Shown: positions 23,995 to 33,753, numbered from the stretch's first letter. The stretch is 34,611 nucleotides of DNA from Eubacteriales bacterium (GCA_045613265.1 JAZLAP010000145.1:1-34611); one strand, 5' to 3'. Translations and numbers: made by a program. The notes: generated by a model from the sequence alone, not told the origin.

Positions 23995-24039
23995 TTATAT
24001 TTGGAAAGTAATTAATTTATTTTAAAGGAGAAAATAGCC

Positions 24040-25338
24040 ATGTCGATGTACAACAAGAAGTCCGTCGAGGACATGGGCGAGATCAAGGGCAAAAAGATCC
24101 TCGTCCGTTGCGACTTCAACGTCCCCATGAAGGACGGCGTTATCACCTCGCTTAAGAGAATCGAAGGAGCAATGCCTACCGTCCGTTACCTTTCGGACAA
24201 GGGTGCCAAGGTCATCCTCTGCTCCCATATGGGTAAGCCCCACAACATCTTCACCGAAGGCTTTGGTCTTTCCAAGAAGGAGAAAAAGGCCGTCGAAAAG
24301 CTTCCCGAGGCAGAACGCGCAGCCGCTACCGAGGAGTACCTCAAGAAGGCGCTGAAGGATAAGGAAAAATTCACGCTTCGCCCGGTTGCCGAAAAGCTTA
24401 CCGAGCTCGGCATCAAGACCACCTTCGCTTCCGACATTGTCGGTGACGATGCGAAAGCGAAAATTGCCGCCATGAAGGACGGCGACGTTATCCTGATCGA
24501 GAATGTCCGCTTTGACGCAGGCGAGGAAAAGAACAAGCCCGAGTTCGCAAAGGCACTTGCCGATCTTGCTGACCTCTACGTAAACGATGCGTTCGGTACG
24601 GCACACCGCGCACACGCTTCCACCGCAGGCGTTGCCGATTACCTCCCCGCATACTGCGGCTACCTGATCGAGAAGGAAATCTCTGTCATGGGTAAGGCCC
24701 TCGAAAACCCCGTCCGTCCCTTCGTTGCCATTCTCGGCGGCGCTAAGGTTTCGGACAAGATCGGTGTCATCAACAACCTCATCGAAAAGGTCGACACGCT
24801 CATCATCGGCGGCGGCATGGCTTACACCTTCTTTGCCGCTATGGGTAACGCTACGGGTACCTCGATCTGCGAGCATGATAAGATCGAGCTCGCACGTGAA
24901 ACGATGAAGCGCGCACGCGAAAAGGGCGTCAACTTCCTTCTCCCCGTTGACAACGTGATCGGTAAGGAATACGACGAGAACACCTGCCATATGCGCATCT
25001 ACTCGGATTGCATTCCCGACGGTTGGATGGGACTTGATATCGGCCCCGTTACCCGCGAGCTCTTTGCAAAGACCATTGAGGGCGCAGGTACCGTTGTATG
25101 GAACGGCCCGATGGGCGTCTCCGAATGGAAGAACTTCGCCGCAGGCACCGAAGAGGTTGCCCGCGCAGTTGCAGAATCGGGCGCCATCTCGATCATCGGC
25201 GGCGGCGACTCGGCAGAGGCTGTAGAACGCCTCGGCTTTGCTCCCAAGATGACGCATATTTCCACCGGCGGCGGCGCTTCCCTCGAGTTCCTTGAAGGTC
25301 TCGTTCTTCCCGGCATCGCTTGCCTTGAAGACAAATAA
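24040..25338 (+). CDS. pgk: Phosphoglycerate kinase (with an N-domain insertion)
   Basis: [60 protein letters not shown]. Confidence 0.97.
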   Translation: MSMYNKKSVEDMGEIKGKKILVRCDFNVPMKDGVITSLKRIEGAMPTVRYLSDKGAKVILCSHMGKPHNIFTEGFGLSKKEKKAVEKLPEAERAAATEEYLKKALKDKEKFTLRPVAEKLTELGIKTTFASDIVGDDAKAKIAAMKDGDVILIENVRFDAGEEKNKPEFAKALADLADLYVNDAFGTAHRAHASTAGVADYLPAYCGYLIEKEISVMGKALENPVRPFVAILGGAKVSDKIGVINNLIEKVDTLIIGGGMAYTFFAAMGNATGTSICEHDKIELARETMKRAREKGVNFLLPVDNVIGKEYDENTCHMRIYSDCIPDGWMGLDIGPVTRELFAKTIEGAGTVVWNGPMGVSEWKNFAAGTEEVARAVAESGAISIIGGGDSAEAVERLGFAPKMTHISTGGGASLEFLEGLVLPGIACLEDK

Positions 25339-25350
25339 GGAGAAACGACC

Positions 25351-26106
25351 ATGAGAAAGACCGTTATTGCAGGCAACTGGAAAATGAACATGACGCCCTC
25401 GAAGACCCGTGCGTTCATCGAAGAGCTTATCCCCATGGTGAAGGGCAAGGATGCATGCGACATCGTCCTCTGCGTTCCCTTCGTTGACATCGCCACCGCC
25501 GTTGAAGCGGCAAAGGGCACGAACATTAAAATCGGTGCTGAGAACGTCCACTTCAAGGAGTCGGGTGCATACACGGGCGAAGTCTCCGCAGACATGCTGA
25601 AGGAGATCGGTACCGAGTATGTCATCGTCGGCCACAGCGAACGCCGTCAGTACTTTGCAGAAACCGACGAGACCGTCAACCTTCGCACGAAGGCTGCACT
25701 CGCCAAGGGCCTCAAGGTCATCCTCTGCCTCGGCGAGCTGCTTGAAGCAAGACAGGCCGGCATTACCGCCGAGATCGTTTCGATGCAGACGAAGCTCGAC
25801 TTCGCGGGTATTCCCGAGGAGGATCTCAAGAACGTTATTATCGCCTACGAGCCCGTCTGGGCAATCGGCACCGGCCTTACCGCTACTCCTGAGCAGGCAG
25901 ATGAAGCCTGCGGCATTATCCGCAACGTCATCCGCGACCTTTACTCAGACAAGGCAGCCGAGGAGATCACGATCCAGTACGGCGGCTCGATGAATGAAAA
26001 GAATGCAAAAGAGCTGCTCTCGAAGCCCAACGTAGACGGCGGACTGATCGGCGGCGCATCGCTCGTTACCGAAAAGTTCACGGCGATCGTTGATGCAGCA
26101 AACTAA
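25351..26106 (+). CDS. tpiA: Triosephosphate isomerase
   Basis: AGNWKMN, GAYTGEVS, GHSERR, AYEPVWAIGTG, YGGS, DGGLIGGASL. Confidence 0.98.
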   Translation: MRKTVIAGNWKMNMTPSKTRAFIEELIPMVKGKDACDIVLCVPFVDIATAVEAAKGTNIKIGAENVHFKESGAYTGEVSADMLKEIGTEYVIVGHSERRQYFAETDETVNLRTKAALAKGLKVILCLGELLEARQAGITAEIVSMQTKLDFAGIPEEDLKNVIIAYEPVWAIGTGLTATPEQADEACGIIRNVIRDLYSDKAAEEITIQYGGSMNEKNAKELLSKPNVDGGLIGGASLVTEKFTAIVDAAN

Positions 26107-26118
26107 TCAAAAGCATAA

Positions 26119-26149
26119 AAAACGGTGGCGCAAATCGCGCCGCCGTTTT
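26119..26149 (+). terminator. Intrinsic terminator after tpiA
   Basis: AAAACGGTGGCGC-aaatc-GCGCCGCCGTTTT. Confidence 0.75.
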
Positions 26150-26191
26150 CACTAAGATGCAAACTAACGCTTACAAAAACGAGGGATAAGA

Positions 26192-27418
26192 ATGAAAAAA
26201 ACGATTCTTCGCAACTATGCAAAACTGATTGCACGCATGGGCATCCATGTCAAAAAAGGGCAGGAGGTCATCATTCAAGCAGAGCTTGACCAGCCCGAAT
26301 TTGTGGAAATGCTGGTCGACGAGGTCTATAAAGCAGGCGCAGGAAAGGTTACCGTCGAATGGTCACATCAGAAGCTCACGCGCTACCACGTCCGCTACCG
26401 CAAACCCTCTGTTCTTGCCGAAGTGACCGAGTGGGAAAAGGCAAAGCTCCGCCACCGTGTCGATATGCTCCCCGCCATGATCTACCTTTTATCCGAGGAT
26501 CCCGACGGACTTTCGGGCATCAATCAAAAGAAATACGGCGATGCGATGCAGAAGCGCGCCAAGATCACCAAGCCCTTTCGCGATGAAATGGACAACAAGT
26601 ACCAGTGGTGTATTGCCGCCGTACCGGGGGCCGCTTGGGCAAAGAAGGTCTTCCCCGGCGAAAAGAAAAACAAAGCGGTCGAAATGCTCTGGCAAGCGAT
26701 CCTCGAAGCCTCGCGCGCGACCGACGATCCCGTCGCCGCATGGGAAGCGCATAACGCCGACCTTCACCGCCGCGCCGACTACCTGAACAGCCTCGGGCTT
26801 ACCGAGCTGCGCTATAAGGACGAAAACGGTACCGATTTCCGTGTCGGACTCATCCCCGATGCTCTCTTTATGGGCGGTGCGGAAAGCCTGCCGAACGAGG
26901 ATCACATCTACAACCCCAACATTCCTTCCGAGGAGATCTTCGTGACTCCGATGGCAGGCGATGCCGACGGCATCGTCTTTTCGTCAAAGCCGCTCTCCTT
27001 CCGCGGCGCACTGATCACCGACTTCTCGGTACGCTTTGAAAACGGTCGCGCCGTTGAGGTGCACGCCAAGGAAAACGAGGATCTGCTCCGCCAGTTGATC
27101 GAAATGGACGAGGGAGCCGCCATGCTGGGCGAGGTTGCGCTCGTTCCCTACCATTCCCCGATCTCAATGCAGAACATCCTGTATTACAATACCCTGTTCG
27201 ATGAAAACGCCGCCTGCCACCTCGCGTTCGGTCGCGGTTTCTCAAATTGCCTTCGTGACTATGAAAAATATTCGCAGAAGGAATATCGCGAAAAAGGCAT
27301 CAACGATTCGATCGTCCACGAGGACTTTATGATCGGCACAAAAACACTTTCCATCACAGGAATCACGAAGGATGGTAAGCAGATCCCGATCCTCATGGAC
27401 GGCGACTGGGCGTTTTGA
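26192..27418 (+). CDS. Aminopeptidase, M29 family (AmpS/PepS)
   Basis: WCIAAVP..AWAKKVFP, PNIPSEEIF, LGEVALV, YNTLFDENAACHLAFG, NDSIVHEDFMIG. Confidence 0.94.
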   Translation: MKKTILRNYAKLIARMGIHVKKGQEVIIQAELDQPEFVEMLVDEVYKAGAGKVTVEWSHQKLTRYHVRYRKPSVLAEVTEWEKAKLRHRVDMLPAMIYLLSEDPDGLSGINQKKYGDAMQKRAKITKPFRDEMDNKYQWCIAAVPGAAWAKKVFPGEKKNKAVEMLWQAILEASRATDDPVAAWEAHNADLHRRADYLNSLGLTELRYKDENGTDFRVGLIPDALFMGGAESLPNEDHIYNPNIPSEEIFVTPMAGDADGIVFSSKPLSFRGALITDFSVRFENGRAVEVHAKENEDLLRQLIEMDEGAAMLGEVALVPYHSPISMQNILYYNTLFDENAACHLAFGRGFSNCLRDYEKYSQKEYREKGINDSIVHEDFMIGTKTLSITGITKDGKQIPILMDGDWAF

Positions 27419-27478
27419 TTCGCCGCTCCCCCACCCGTCTTTCCCATTCATCTTAACACATGTAAAGCGAGATATATT

Positions 27479-28162
27479 ATGAGTAACGTAGACTATCGCG
27501 ATTATATCATCGACGCCCCCACTCGCCACGAAAACACCGAGTGGTCGATAGATTACTCCTATAATTCCAAGGACGAGACCGCGCCACGCGTTCTGATGAT
27601 CGGTGACTCGATCTGCAACCTTTACCACCGCTACGTCAGAGAGCTGCTCGGCGACAAGGTGAATCTCTCCTTCTGGGCAAGCAGCCGTTGCGTGACCGAA
27701 AAGCCATATCTGCGCATCCTCGACCAGATCCTCGACGTTCGCCCCTACAGCCTCGTTCTGTTCAATAACGGCTGCCACTCCCTCGGCAAGCTTGAATACT
27801 GTGAGCCCGCCTATCGCGCAGCGCTCCGCTTTATCAAGGATAAGCTGCCGGACGTCAAGATCGCCGTTGTTTTGGCAACGCCAAACCGCAGAGAGGCAAT
27901 CACAGCATCCATCGAAAGATTAAACAACGTTGCGCAAAATATCGCCGCAGAAAACGGCTATCCCGTAATCGATCTGTTTTCTCCGATGAACGTCCTCGAC
28001 CGCGGCGCCGAAAACTGGGTGGACGACTTCCACTTCACCGAAAAATGCTGCAGAATGCAAGCAAAGATCGTCTCGGATGCGATCGTGGAAATCCTCGGTG
28101 TCAAGGACGGTTGCCTCGTACAGGAAGCAAGCGAAATGGGACCGGAGGGCATTCTCAAATAA
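27479..28162 (+). CDS. SGNH/GDSL hydrolase family protein
   Basis: Block I IGDSI, block III FNNGCH, block V DDFH. Confidence 0.85.
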   Translation: MSNVDYRDYIIDAPTRHENTEWSIDYSYNSKDETAPRVLMIGDSICNLYHRYVRELLGDKVNLSFWASSRCVTEKPYLRILDQILDVRPYSLVLFNNGCHSLGKLEYCEPAYRAALRFIKDKLPDVKIAVVLATPNRREAITASIERLNNVAQNIAAENGYPVIDLFSPMNVLDRGAENWVDDFHFTEKCCRMQAKIVSDAIVEILGVKDGCLVQEASEMGPEGILK

Positions 28163-28177
28163 GAAAAAAGGCAAAGA

Positions 28178-28216
28178 AAGAGCCGAACGCTTACCGTAAG
28201 CATTCGGCTCGTTTTT
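28178..28216. terminator. Bidirectional terminator between SGNH gene and ABC operon
   Basis: GAGCCGAACGCTTAC-c-GTAAGCATTCGGCTC flanked by A-rich and T-rich tracts. Confidence 0.75.
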
Positions 28217-28989
28217 TATTTCAGCGATTGATTCAAGAACGCGCGCGTGCGCTCGGATTTCGGGTGCAGGAACACCTCGTCGGGTGTGCCCTCCTCCTCG
28301 ATGACACCGTCCGCCATAAAAATAACGTGGTCGGAGACCTGACGGGCAAATTCCATTTCGTGCGTTACGACGATCATGGTGCGCCCCGTCTTTTTTAACT
28401 CGCGGATGGTCGCCAATACCTCGCGTGTCAGCTCGGGATCGAGCGCCGAGGTCGGCTCATCAAAGCAGAGAATGTGCGGATTCTGCGCCAGTGCACGGGC
28501 TATGGCAACGCGCTGCTGCTGACCGCCCGATAATTCACCGGGATAGTGATCCTCTTTGTCCGAAAGTCCAACGCGCGTAAGAAGCTCGCGCGCCTCGACA
28601 ATGGCATCCTCCTTCGGAAGTGCCTTGCGTAATACGGGAGCAAGCCAAATGTTTTTCAGTGCAGTGTACTGCGGAAACAGGTGAAACGCCTGAAAAACCA
28701 TACCGAAGTGAAGACGGTTTTCTGCGATCTCCTTCGGCTTTTGCGGCACCTCGCTGTGATATAAGCACTTGCCGTCGAGCGAAAAAAAGCCGCCATCCGC
28801 CTTTTCAAGAAAATTCAGGCAACGGAGAAGCGTGGTCTTGCCGCTTCCCGAAGAGCCGATAATCGACAAAACCTCACCCTTCGCCATATCGAAGGAGATA
28901 CTCTTTAATACTTGTACGTCTCCGAAAGATTTGGAGAGATTTTCTACGTGAAGATAGCTGTTCGTATTCATGCCTTTTCCTTTCTTCAC
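28216..28989 (-). CDS. Polar amino-acid ABC transporter ATP-binding protein (GlnQ-like)
   Basis: Walker [41 protein letters not shown]. Start may be the internal ATG six codons downstream. Confidence 0.93.
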   Translation of the reverse strand: MKKGKGMNTNSYLHVENLSKSFGDVQVLKSISFDMAKGEVLSIIGSSGSGKTTLLRCLNFLEKADGGFFSLDGKCLYHSEVPQKPKEIAENRLHFGMVFQAFHLFPQYTALKNIWLAPVLRKALPKEDAIVEARELLTRVGLSDKEDHYPGELSGGQQQRVAIARALAQNPHILCFDEPTSALDPELTREVLATIRELKKTGRTMIVVTHEMEFARQVSDHVIFMADGVIEEEGTPDEVFLHPKSERTRAFLNQSLK

Positions 28990-28995
28990 CCAAAA

Positions 28996-29670
28996 TCAGA
29001 CCTTGTAGTAGCTCGTTTTCTTCTCCGCAAAGCGGAAGAAAAGTGTGAGCAATCCGCTGAACAGAAGGTAAAACGCACCCGCGCCAAGGAGCGGATAGAT
29101 CTGCCCCGAAACGTTCACCTTGTCGTTCGCAACCATCAGGATCTCCACGACACCGAGCGCCTTCGCAAGCGCGGTATCCTTGACGAGCGTGATGATCTCG
29201 TTCGACATCGGCTGCAGAATACGGCGCAAAACCTGCGGAAACACAATGTGTGAGAAGGTCTGACCGCGCGTAAGGCCTAATACGTCACCCGCCTCGTACT
29301 GACCGAGCGGAATGCTCTTGATGCCGCCCTCGTAGATCACCGAAAAGTAGCAAGCATAGTTCAGAGAAAAGGCGATCAGAACGAAAATGAATTGCAAAGA
29401 GCTGATGCTCATGCCGAAAAAGCTTGCAACATCCTTGTTGGGAATCTTGAACACCACACTCGGTATAAAGCTCACCACAATGCATTGCAAAAGCAGAGGC
29501 GTTCCGCGCACCACCCACACGAGTCCGCGCATGAACCAACGGAGCGGCGAAATCCGCGACATGGAACCAAGAGTAATGAGAAGTCCAAGCGGAATGGCAA
29601 ACAGAAGCGTCAGAAAGAACAGTTCAAGCGTAACGCCAAAGCCGCGCAGCATATCGTAGAAAATGTCCAT
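28996..29670 (-). CDS. Polar amino-acid ABC transporter permease
   Basis: RGTPLLLQ, SLNYACYFS, SIPLGQYEAGDVLG, NEIITLVKDTAL. Confidence 0.93.
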   Translation of the reverse strand: MDIFYDMLRGFGVTLELFFLTLLFAIPLGLLITLGSMSRISPLRWFMRGLVWVVRGTPLLLQCIVVSFIPSVVFKIPNKDVASFFGMSISSLQFIFVLIAFSLNYACYFSVIYEGGIKSIPLGQYEAGDVLGLTRGQTFSHIVFPQVLRRILQPMSNEIITLVKDTALAKALGVVEILMVANDKVNVSGQIYPLLGAGAFYLLFSGLLTLFFRFAEKKTSYYKV

Positions 29671-29707
29671 TGCGATCCTTTCGGAAAACGTATTTTAAAG
29701 AATGCGA

Positions 29708-30598
29708 TCAGTCCTCGGTACCCATGACAATAGATTCGCCCGCAGAGCCTTTTTCCACCGTGACGATGGCGCCCTTTGCCTTCTCGGCAAAATCGGCAAG
29801 CGTGGTCGCATCGTACTTCTCTACGTTCGCCTTGTTGACGACGGCAACCTGCTTGTTCGCAAGGTAAGGAACCGAAATGGTCATGGCGGTAAGGCGGTCA
29901 TTGTCGATCGTCATGCCGTTCCAGACAAGATCGATCGAGCCGTTGTTAAGAAGAGCTTCCTTCGAGTTCCATTCGATCTTAATAAACTCAGGCTCAATAT
30001 TGGTGCTATAGGTCGTGTTGAGGTAATCGATAACCTTCTTCGCAAGATCGATGTCAAAGCCGATCAGCTTTCCGTCGGCACCGTCCTGGTCCATATACGC
30101 GATGGGAGCAAAGATCGTGTAGCCGATGACCATCTTGCCGGATGCGACAAGCTCAGTCCAGGATGCATCGGTCGCATCCTTGTAAGGATCAACAGTGTCC
30201 TTCGTCACGAGAAGCTCGCTGGCAAGACCGTAGGTCTCGGCAATCGTCTTGTAGTCGGTGTCGGCAAGAGCGATCAACGCCTCGTTGATCTTGCTCATCA
30301 AAGCCTCGTTGCCCTTCTTGGCGGCAATACCGTATTCCTCTTCGGCAAAGACCACGTTCGGCAGAACCTGATAATCGTTGAAGGCATCGGTGTCGTTCAT
30401 GTAGTGGCCTGCCATGACCGAGTCGATGACGGCGATATCGGCGTCGCCGCGCTTCAGACCGTTCAATGCGTCAAGCTGGCTCGCAAGAGCAAGGACCTCC
30501 TTACCGTAAACGCCCTTCGTGCCGCCGCAAGCGACGAGCGACATCGGCAGGGTTGCCAGCATCAGAACTGCAAGAATAAGAGTGATAATGCGTTTCAT
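29708..30598 (-). CDS. Amino-acid ABC substrate-binding lipoprotein (family 3), apparently circularly permuted
   Basis: Lipobox LVA-C24. Family-3 motifs all present, but the canonical C-terminal block (DALNGLKRGDADIAVID...EEEYGIA...INEAL) precedes the canonical N-terminal block (GKMVIGYTIFAP...GFDIDLA...IDLVWNGMTI...EKGSAGE). Confidence 0.88.
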   Translation of the reverse strand: MKRIITLILAVLMLATLPMSLVACGGTKGVYGKEVLALASQLDALNGLKRGDADIAVIDSVMAGHYMNDTDAFNDYQVLPNVVFAEEEYGIAAKKGNEALMSKINEALIALADTDYKTIAETYGLASELLVTKDTVDPYKDATDASWTELVASGKMVIGYTIFAPIAYMDQDGADGKLIGFDIDLAKKVIDYLNTTYSTNIEPEFIKIEWNSKEALLNNGSIDLVWNGMTIDNDRLTAMTISVPYLANKQVAVVNKANVEKYDATTLADFAEKAKGAIVTVEKGSAGESIVMGTED

Positions 30599-30660
30599 AA
30601 TAATGTCTCCTTTATGATTAAAAAATACTTTTTCACTTTAGCAGACTCAAGTGATGCTCT

Positions 30661-30689
30661 ATTATAGCACATATTTTTCATTTTGTAAA
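30661..30689 (-). promoter_or_regulatory. sigmaA promoter of the amino-acid ABC operon
   Basis: Minus strand TTTACA-17 bp-TATAAT with TGn extension. Confidence 0.75.
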
Positions 30690-30995
30690 GCCTTTTGCAG
30701 CAGAAAAAAATTTTACGTGGGATATAACAGCCTGTAAAGGTAGCCGGAAGGCAAAATGTCGTACCGCCGACGCAGCCGGAATACAATCCGCCCGAAAAGC
30801 CGACACAATGGTTGCCGCCATTATTTCCATCCTCTCGGAGATAGTCCTGAAACACGTTTGCGGAATCTGTCGTTCGCTAACAACAGACCCCGCAAATGCT
30901 TGAATTATTTTTCTGCCCGGGATTCTTTTAACCCGAAACTACAAAATCATTTCAGCGTGTTGCACTTCTGTTGGCAACTCACTGACAGGATTGGT

Positions 30996-32576
30996 TTATT
31001 CCACTGTCGTAGCCTCTGCAAAGGCACCGCTTCTGACCGCTTCAAAGTCCTCTTCGATCTCCTTCGAGGGCTTCTTTGTAAGCAGCGAAACAACAACGAT
31101 CAAAAGACAGGAGAAGATGAAGGCGGGAAGCAGCTCGTAAATGGCGAACACGCCGCCAATCTTCGCAATCAGGAACTTCCAGATGAAGACCATCGAGCCG
31201 CCGCCCAGCATGCCGGCGATCGCACCGGCTCTCGTCGTTCTCTTCCAGAAGAGGGAAAAGAGCATCAAAGGACCAAAGGTCGCGCCAAAGCCTGCCCATG
31301 CAAAGGACACGATGGTGAAGATCACGCTGTTTTCGTCAAGTGCAATCAGCGCGGCGATCACGGCAATCGCAAGAAGCGTGATACGCGATACCCACATGAC
31401 CTGCTTGTCGCTCGCGTTCTTCTTGAAAATGCCCTGGAACAGGTTCTTCGAAACCGAGGATGCGGCAATGAGAAGATAGGAGTCGGACGAGCTGATGGTC
31501 GCGGCAAGAATACCCGCCATCACGAAGCCCGCAAGGATTGCGGGGAGCGAAGACTGCGCAAGATGAATGAAGATATTCTCTGCGTCGGGCGCGGTGAGAT
31601 ACTGTACAGGATAAAGCTGTCTGCCCACAATGCCGATAAATACGGCAACGGCAAGCGAAATGACCACCCATACCATTGCAATGCGGCGCGAGGTCTTAAG
31701 CTCCTTCTCATGGCGGATCGCCATAAAGCGGAGAAGCACCTGCGGCATGCCAAAGTAGCCGAGGCCCCATGCAAGCAAGGAGCAGATCGTAAGAAGCGAG
31801 TAGGGATTCTTCGCGCCAAACTGCGGAACACCGTCCACAACCGATTGCACACCGTCTACAACCGTCGGATTGGCTATACCGAAAAATTCAAGAAAACCGG
31901 GGATCTCTCCTGCGTTTTTGATCACGGCACCAACACCGCCCGCACTGACCGTGCTGATGATCACGATAATTGCAAGCGCCGAGATCATAACGATACTCTG
32001 CATAAAATCGGATGCACTTTCGGCAAGAAAGCCGCCGATCAGCGTGTAGAACAAAACGAACGCCGCACCGATCAGCATCATTGTCCAGTAGGGTGCACCG
32101 AAGAGCGTGGAAAAGAGCTTGCCGCAGGTAACAAAGCAGCTCGCCGCATACACGGTAAAGAATACGAGAATAAAGATCGCCGCAATCGAGGTGATAAGCT
32201 TTTTCTTCTCGCGGAAGCGGTTGGAGAAAAATTCGGGAAGCGTGATCGCATTGTTAGCGCGCACACTGTAGCGACGGAGGCGCTTGGATACGATCAGCCA
32301 GTTGAGATAGGTGCCGATGGCAAGACCGATTGCCGTCCATGCTGCTTCAGCAAGACCGCACCAATAGGCAACGCCGGGAAGCCCCATCAGCAGCCATCCG
32401 CTCATGTCCGATGCCTCGGCACTCATTGCCGTCACCCAAGGACCGAATGAACGCCCTCCGAGAAAGTAGTTTTCCGAACTCTTGTTTGCGATTTTGTAGT
32501 AGTACAAACCGATGCCAATGACCACCGCCATATAAACGACCATTGCAATCAGCATCTGTATCTGACTTGATGTCAT
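30996..32576 (-). CDS. putP: Sodium/proline symporter (SSS family, PutP/OpuE-like)
   Basis: YFLGGRSFGPWVTAMSAEASDMSGWLLMGLPG, GLGYFGMPQVLLRFMAI, AWAGFGATFGP; RBS AAAGGAG. Confidence 0.9.
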   Translation of the reverse strand: MTSSQIQMLIAMVVYMAVVIGIGLYYYKIANKSSENYFLGGRSFGPWVTAMSAEASDMSGWLLMGLPGVAYWCGLAEAAWTAIGLAIGTYLNWLIVSKRLRRYSVRANNAITLPEFFSNRFREKKKLITSIAAIFILVFFTVYAASCFVTCGKLFSTLFGAPYWTMMLIGAAFVLFYTLIGGFLAESASDFMQSIVMISALAIIVIISTVSAGGVGAVIKNAGEIPGFLEFFGIANPTVVDGVQSVVDGVPQFGAKNPYSLLTICSLLAWGLGYFGMPQVLLRFMAIRHEKELKTSRRIAMVWVVISLAVAVFIGIVGRQLYPVQYLTAPDAENIFIHLAQSSLPAILAGFVMAGILAATISSSDSYLLIAASSVSKNLFQGIFKKNASDKQVMWVSRITLLAIAVIAALIALDENSVIFTIVSFAWAGFGATFGPLMLFSLFWKRTTRAGAIAGMLGGGSMVFIWKFLIAKIGGVFAIYELLPAFIFSCLLIVVVSLLTKKPSKEIEEDFEAVRSGAFAEATTVE

Positions 32577-32755
32577 GCGTTTGCTCCTTTCGGTAATTGA
32601 AATAAATTTGCGTGTATTATACTGCGTGTATTATACAACAAAGCAAAAATGTTTGCTTGCAAAGACATTTTTGCGAGGCCGTCAATAACGCAGACGCACT
32701 TTGTGCGTAGAGGGGCATGGCCCCAAGGCTTGCATCAGCAAGACTTCCTGCGTGT

Positions 32756-32784
32756 ATTATACCATGTTTTTTCAGATTTGTAAA
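32756..32784 (-). promoter_or_regulatory. sigmaA promoter upstream of putP
   Basis: Minus strand TTTACA-17 bp-TATAAT with TGn extension. Confidence 0.7.
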
Positions 32785-32968
32785 GTTTTTTTAAAAAAAT
32801 ATTTATACTCGTCGCAATTTGCCGAAACGCCCCCGAAAGAGATGCGTATATTATCGAAAAAGGTATTGAAATTTGCAGTTTTTGTGCTATAATAAAAGTG
32901 AAAGTCGATCGGTCTTTGCTCTCTCCTGCCGCACCTGACCGAAACGGCGCACGAAAGGAGGCTCTGCT

Positions 32969-33511
32969 TTGAACGTTTGGGAATTGATTCTGGAGTTTTT
33001 GTTTGGATCCGCACAACAGAATCCTGACAAAATGCCCGACATTGTATACGCAGAACGCTTTACGGTGAAATATCCACGAGAAAGAATCATGACACGGATC
33101 ACAGTCGCTTCGGTGGCAACTGCTGTTTTCGCGCTCCTCTGGCTCTGCATTGAGGGCGCAACACGTTACTTGTTTACCATTTTTACAGTTCTGAGTGCCA
33201 TTCTTCTCCTTCTGTTTCTGTTCTGCTTATCCTTTGAATGCAGCGTGACCGATAGCATGATCCGCTACGCATACTGTGGATTTCTTTTCAAAAAAGAGAT
33301 CCTTTGGGACAACGTTCGCTGCGTAAGGATCGTCGAACGCAACCACGAAAAGGATGTCTCCATCATTCTCTATGACTGCTGCGGACAGGAAACCGTAGAT
33401 TTTCATTCCGAAATGGAGAACGCTTGGTTTATCGTAAAAGCGGCTGAACACCGCGGCATAGAGATAAGAAAGGAACGCGACCTTTCCCTGAAGGAGCTTC
33501 GCCGCCTTTGA
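32969..33511 (+). CDS. Hypothetical membrane protein (2 TM + possible bacterial PH-like domain)
   Basis: RBS AAGGAGG, TTG start; two hydrophobic segments then a beta-rich tail with KEILWDNV; TTGAAA-16-TATAAT upstream. Confidence 0.7.
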   Translation: MNVWELILEFLFGSAQQNPDKMPDIVYAERFTVKYPRERIMTRITVASVATAVFALLWLCIEGATRYLFTIFTVLSAILLLLFLFCLSFECSVTDSMIRYAYCGFLFKKEILWDNVRCVRIVERNHEKDVSIILYDCCGQETVDFHSEMENAWFIVKAAEHRGIEIRKERDLSLKELRRL

Positions 33512-33568
33512 AAACGAACACAAAGCAGTCGATGCCCGATCAACAGCTTCAAGGTGCAAACATAATGA

Positions 33569-33625
33569 ATAAATACAGGAGAGACGGGGCGCACGGTATT
33601 TGCACCCCGTCTCTCCTGTATTTAT
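33569..33625. terminator. Long hairpin, likely bidirectional terminator between convergent genes
   Basis: 21-bp perfect arms ATAAATACAGGAGAGACGGGG / CCCCGTCTCTCCTGTATTTAT. Confidence 0.75.
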
Positions 33626-33753
33626 CGTTTTACTGCAAGCAATCATTCATGCGCTGCTGTAAAACATTATTACACTTTGATCACAAAAGGGTCATGCTAT
33701 GCCCCCGTAATACCGTATGAAAGATAGAACAATGATGGAACAAAGACTATAGA

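Noticed and set aside
24022-25635. 537-aa ORF antisense to pgk-tpiA, and similar shadows at 29702-30667, 30756-32450, 7168-8127 and 10028-10879
   Set aside because: Shadow frames of well-supported, codon-biased genes; no independent protein features.
30667-30684. ArgR box in the ABC operon promoter
   Set aside because: ATGAAAAATATGTG is off by one in spacing and lacks the right half-site; substrate left unassigned.
32688-32753. tRNA (cloverleaf with CAT in the middle loop)
   Set aside because: Loops are 3-4 nt, and there is no TTC T-loop, no D-loop GG and no 7-bp acceptor stem.
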